Positions 57,513 to 64,000 of a stretch of DNA of 64,000 nucleotides are shown here, piece by piece. The stretch is from the human T2T-CHM13v2.0 reference genome, Homo sapiens: assembly GCF_009914755.1 (NCBI RefSeq), contig NC_060925.1, one strand, 5' to 3'. The translations under genes were made by a program, and so were the position numbers. Below the pieces are notes generated by a model that searched no databases, had not been told where the DNA came from, and worked only from the letters and a program-made list of their open reading frames with translations. How positions within the stretch are numbered: the stretch's first letter is position 1; every line of letters starts with the position of its first letter.

Positions 57513-57789
57513 CCCAAAAGCTCAGAAGAGCATCCCTAAGACTTAAGGGATGATAAGCATAACTCAGAAAACTTTGGAAAGAATGGAGTCTTGGAAACAG
57601 TAAGTATAGGAAAACTTCATTAATAATTACCATTTAAAAATCTGCCATGCAGAAGATAACCACACACTTAAAATGACTTACCTGTTAGCTTCTATAATTT
57701 TAAATTGATTTTTCTGAGACATATTTCCTACATATAACCAAAGGACGCATTCGGCATTTTTAGCATTAAATGCTGGAAGGTGTAATAAT

Positions 57790-57997
57790 TTAATAATAAT
57801 GCTTTGTATTTATTGTTTTGTACCTTTAAGATGCTTTCACATATGCAATTTGAGACAGATAGTGCAGGTATTATGATCATTTATAGATTGAGAAAACAGA
57901 TATGAGAATTTAAGTGACATGGCCAAGGCCTCAAAACCACATTGTGAAAGGCAGGACAGGAATTCTTGTTCCAGTGTTTTGTTCTTTACTATCTATC
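57790..57997 (-). mobile_element. MIR
   Basis: atttatagattgagaaaacaga...taagtgacatggccaaggcc. Confidence 0.72.
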
Positions 57998-59284
57998 AGT
58001 AAAAATTATATCTTTGATTAAATATAGGCATTCCCATTTTGTATTTCAGTATATGAAGATAAAACACAAATCTTAAGAGGTTTGTTCAAGGTTACTCTGT
58101 AAGAGAATGAACAGCTATGAAAAATACACACAAACTCTGACTTGTTATTCTTTGCTGAAAATACTTGACCACAATGAATGTGAGACTGAAGGCTGAAGAG
58201 TTGCACAGAACACATTGTCCATTACTGCTCTTCTTAAAGTTTGTCTTAGATAAAAGGTTCCCATTAAAATCAATTTCTTCTTGGCAAACACTCTAGCCTA
58301 CGTGTAACTACTCTTCTCCTAATGACATATTAAAAACAAAAAGAGAGAAACTTTTTTCCTCGATAAATAATAGAAATGGAGCAATTCTTTATGATGAACA
58401 AAGGTCAGGATAATTAAACTTTTACAAACAAAGTACAGCATTATTTCCATCATACAATTACATAGTATATAATGGGCATAAACTATTATGTGGTCAAATA
58501 ATTACAATAATATTATAAGTAACATCCTATTAATCTGACTTTAAGAATTTATTTTGATGGTCTTCAGACATATATTACATAAAAAAAGATTTTTGAAATC
58601 AAAGAAACCATTATATATCCAACGAATGGTTGCCTCACTGTATCTAAGTAATATTAGATAATTAAAAGTAATTTGGATATTAGTACAAATTAGTAGAAAT
58701 TGGTCATTATTTGGGCCACTTCAACAGCTTCCCTATATTTAGGATATGTCTCACCATGTAAATCTTCGTGACAAGCAAAGGCTGTTTCCCATAATGGAAG
58801 CAGAAGATGTCACATACTTTCTCTGGGGTGCAGGCATGTGACCTAGGCTTTTCAGCCAGACATCTGTGTTAGACCTTTGACTCACAGCTAAAGAGACAAG
58901 CAACAGTTTTTTTCCTCTCTCTCCCTTCTCCCTTCCTCCTTCTGTGTTTCTCTCTCCTAGTGGCAATAGAGGTTACTGCAAGCGTGAGTTCCCATTGTAT
59001 AAGTGGCCAAAGGGCAAATTGTGTTGTCTAGTGCTTGATGTCTCTAGTGCTAGCTGTAAGATTACCACATTGTCAGTCATACTTTGCCCAGCATTTTTCA
59101 GATTTTGGCATGGAAGGATCTGAATCCTTGGAAACTACAGTCACCAAAAAAACCAGGACAGTTGGTAACATTTGCCAACTTCTTCATCATGTCCGTTCTG
59201 TGGGTGGTTTATCGTTGCTGTTTAAGTTCAAGCCTGGTTTTACAGCCCTCTCAACAATTCTATGAGCTACCTGATATCTTTTTA

Positions 59285-59580
59285 AATTTTTGTTTTTTGA
59301 GATAAAGTCTTGCTCTATCGTCCAGGCTGGAGTGCAGAGGCATGATCACGGCTCACTGCAGCCTTGACCTCTGGGATAATGCGATTCTCTACATCAGCCT
59401 CTTGAGTAGCTGGGACTACAGGAGTGCACCACCATGCCTGGCTAATTTTTATTTATTTTTTTGTAGAGAAGGAGTCTTGCTACATTGTGCAGGCTGGTCT
59501 TGGACTCCTGGCCTCAATGGATCCTTGTGCCTTGACCTTCCAAAGTACTGGGATTATAGGCATGAGTCACTGCATCTGGC
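59285..59580 (-). mobile_element. AluJ
   Basis: Diverged antisense Alu. Confidence 0.9.
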
Positions 59581-59628
59581 AAAAAAAAAAAAAAAAAAAA
59601 AAAATTAATGGAAGTATAACTCAGTATC

Positions 59629-60006
59629 TGCTATGGTCTGAAAGTCTGTATCCTCCCAAATTCTTACGTTGAAACCTAATCACCAATGTGATGGTGTTAG
59701 GAGGTGGGGCCTTTAGGAGGTGATCAGGTCATAAGAACAGAGCCACTATGAATGAAATTAGTGCCCTTATAAAAGAGGCCCCAAGAAAGCTGAGTCTCTT
59801 TGTAAAGAATGCCTCTTACACCATGTGAGGATACAACAAGAAGGTGCCATCCACGACTGAAGTAAGGGGCCTTCCTTAGACACCAAATATGCTAGTCCCT
59901 TGATTTTGGACTTCTCAGCCTCCAGAACTGTGAGAAATAAATTTTTGTGTTTGTAAGGTACTCAGTCAATGGTATTTTGTAATAGAAACCCAAATAACTA
60001 AGACAA
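59629..60006 (+). mobile_element. MLT1A0-like MaLR solo LTR
   Basis: tgctatggtctgaa...ggtggggcctttaggaggtga...aactaagaca. Confidence 0.9.
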
Positions 60007-60739
60007 TACCCTTTTAATCAACTACTGCTCTGCTTAAATCAAAGAGAATTGGTCTCAATTATTCTTACCAAGAACTTTGACTGAAACAGACACCTTTGTG
60101 TATAAGCAGTTTGGTAACCTTCTATATTTCACAATGACCCTATGAGTCATATTGGCTTAATTCAGCTTGTATAGTTATTACAGACCCTCTTTGATGTTAG
60201 TGAACTTTTTAGCATGTCGAAAGTTCTGAAAAAGCATCAGTAATGAGTGTTCTTATTGTATTTTTGAAATCCTGAGATATTTCTGATGGTTGAGACTACC
60301 ATGAACCATTTTTTCCCTGGTGATGAGACAAACATTGACAGAATGTAAAATCACTTAAAAATAAAGTTGCTGACAGAAAATCTTAGATTTTCTCCATCCC
60401 ATTCCATAACCTCCAAATTTATGAATGCTTAATTATCAAGATGAAGAATTTTTAAGGTCAAGGGAATAGAAGAAAGTGGTAACCTAAAAACCCATTTAAC
60501 TATTCATCTTTGGACCATATATAAAAGTTCTTTGTTGTTTTTGCTGACAGGCATCTCTCCTGAACACACCCATCTCTCACCAGCTTCACCTTCCTAACAT
60601 CCTCATATTCCTGCACTTTGATTTTCCATCCTTTGGAGGGGAAACCTTCAATAAAAATACTCCTGCTCATTAAAATGGTTATTACAATGCTATTGCATAA
60701 GCAATACATCTTTATTAAATAAAATAAAAATACTGGAAG

Positions 60740-61990
<1,251 letters not shown>

Positions 61991-62404
61991 ATTAACCACT
62001 TAATTCCATCTTGAAATGCGGAGAAGCAAACTCACATTCTGAAAGTAATTATCATCCCCTTCATTAATTGACATTATTTGGTTTGTCATCATCATCTAGC
62101 CACTTGGTTTTTACAAATTATTTCCTCCCTGAAATAGCTTTCTAGTTGATTTTTCATTCTTTTATTTCATTCTCAAGAAGTGTTTAGATTTTCAAAATTT
62201 ATTTTATTTTAATCCTAAAAGTATCATACTCAGAGTGAATTATCTATTTTAAATATGGGTGCTTGGAAATGTATACCTTGTATAGGAAGGAATTAAGTAG
62301 GTGGTACAAAAATGCAATTTATCTAATCAATCTGTTTTTTCTTTAGGTTAAAAATATTTTCTCCCTTTCAAAAGGAAAAAAAATTACATCTTTTGTCTTT
62401 TTAA

Positions 62405-62548
62405 TTTATTTGTTTATTTATCTTATTTACTTAGAGATGGGGTCTCACTTTGTTGCCCAGACTGGTCTCAAACTCCTGGGCTCAAGTGATCCTCCCACCT
62501 CAGCCTGACAAAGTGCTGGGACTACAGGTGCAAGCTACTGTGCCCAGC
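62405..62548 (-). mobile_element. FLAM-like Alu monomer
   Basis: agagatggggtctcactttgttgcccagactggtctcaaactcctgggctcaagtgatcctccc. Confidence 0.88.
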
Positions 62549-63854
62549 TTTTCTTCTATTTAAAGAACATATAAACTATTAAATAAAAATACTTATGATG
62601 CTGGCATTTGTCACAAGGTGGGAGTTTAGAGGAAGTGCAATCAGTATCTTTGCTGCAGTATTTGCTGCCTGTTTTCTAACTGCTTTGCTGTTTTTTGCTG
62701 ACCTTCATGTCCAATATTACCTCAAAATCCATCATCACCCTCTTCTAAAGCCTACCCACTGGGCATTGCTGGAGGCTGCTAATATCAATCACACCAGAGT
62801 AAAGAGAGAAACTCTTCAGGGGTTCTTGTTGGCTTCCATATCTTAGCTCTATTTTTAACTCCCTGCAATCAACACTGATGCCATTAGACATTTGCTTAAT
62901 CTCAGTGTACTCTTTCCTTGGCTCATTCCTCTCACACCTTAGAACATTTTCCCAAGCTACACCCTATGCTGTGAGTGACCATATGCTCTCTATTTTCTAG
63001 AGAGTCTCAATTTCAAATATTCTGTCTTGTTGCCAAATCAGCTGCCAAGCCATATGCTTCATATTTTCTTTGGGGAAATATATTTACCTACTTATGCTTC
63101 AGTTCCTTGAACTCTGCTCATGAAGATTTTTATTAGTTTTACATAATAGTTTATGAAAATTTTTTATTAGCTTAAAATGTAGCTCAGATGTCTTTTCCCT
63201 TGGGAAGCCCTCCTTCACAGTCCTCCTCCCTAGATGATACTCTCACCGATTAGGATTGCCTTCCTTGGTAGGGTTGGGAAAAGTGAAGGTGAAAGGGGTT
63301 GCTCCACATCTGTTATGGGTTTACCCACCTGCACTCTGCTGCTCAAGAGGGCTTCTCTGCCCAGTTAGAGGATACTCTTCATTTTTCTGCTGCAGATGGT
63401 TTGAGCCATTTCCCTCAATGGTAGAAATGGTTTGCTACATCTTCCTCCCATCTCCTGGTAGTCTATGGATCTGAGTATCTTTAGTAGCACATTGCCTCAC
63501 CTTGCACATTTTAGTCTAGAATAATACCATAGGGAAGGGATGGGGTTCCTGGTGGGCTTTACACTCTTAAGTCCAGTTGCATAGTTTAGAGCCTAGGGAA
63601 GAGTTTTGGCAGTCTAAGGATCTGGGAGACAATTATTGGATCAGGCACATATATACACATTGATCTCCCAAGGACAGACATCAATTTTTAGTGCTGTATC
63701 AATAAGGAGGAAAATAAACATTTTCCTAACTATTCTGTATAACACAGCCCTGGTATGCAATGAAGTTAGAGCTATACCTTATAATGTGAACAGCATTAGG
63801 CCTTTAACTCATTTTCCCCCTCTCCTCTTTTGCTTTTATATTATATATATATAT

Positions 63855-64000
63855 ATTTATTTATTTATTTAATTTAGTTTTTTGAGATGGACTCTCCATC
63901 TGTCACCCAGGCTGGAGCGCAGTGGTGTGATCTCGGCTCACTGCAACTTCCGCCCCCCAGCTTCAAGCAATTCTGCCTCAGCCTCCCTAGTAGCTGGGAT
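63855..64000 (-). mobile_element. Alu, truncated by window end
   Basis: gagatggactctccatctgtcacccaggctggagcgcagtgg. Confidence 0.92.

Larger units (their letters stand above)
58735..60088 (+). mobile_element. Old ERVL LTR (LTR33-like), interrupted by Alu and MLT1A
   Basis: gcatgtgacctaggc...tatgagctacc...ctgcttaaatc...ccaagaactttgactgaaaca. Confidence 0.55.

Noticed and set aside
59581-59628. Isolated poly(A) at the 5' end of an antisense Alu
   Set aside because: No TSD could be assigned; probably an expanded A-run
62595-62846. 83-aa hydrophobic ORF
   Set aside because: No recognisable homology, promoter or splice support; length is within chance expectation

Overview
This 64 kb window is primate (probably human or ape) DNA, either intergenic or deep-intronic, and is made up mostly of interspersed repeats: about 50 Alus, L1/HAL1, L2, MIR, MaLR/ERVL/ERV1 LTRs and internal remnants, Tigger1, MER5A and a MULE-type Ricksha. 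I found no convincing host protein-coding exon, and almost all ORFs in the track are repeat translations. There are two cellular-RNA retrocopies: an RPL30 processed pseudogene fused to an L1 and a U7 snRNA pseudogene. I see no new biological system. The most interesting signals are fossils of unusual mechanisms. (i) An RPL30-L1 chimera with an unbroken 214-aa frame. (ii) An Alu with about 70 bp of extra 3' sequence inside its TSD. (iii) An ERV1 R-U5-PBS-leader transcript apparently retroposed by L1. (iv) A locally templated inverted Tigger1 copy between 26-bp direct repeats. (v) A Ricksha MULE with a readable FLYWCH-DDE transposase behind a captured ERVL LTR. Family names come from recalled consensus sequences, not a search, and boundaries of old repeats are approximate.
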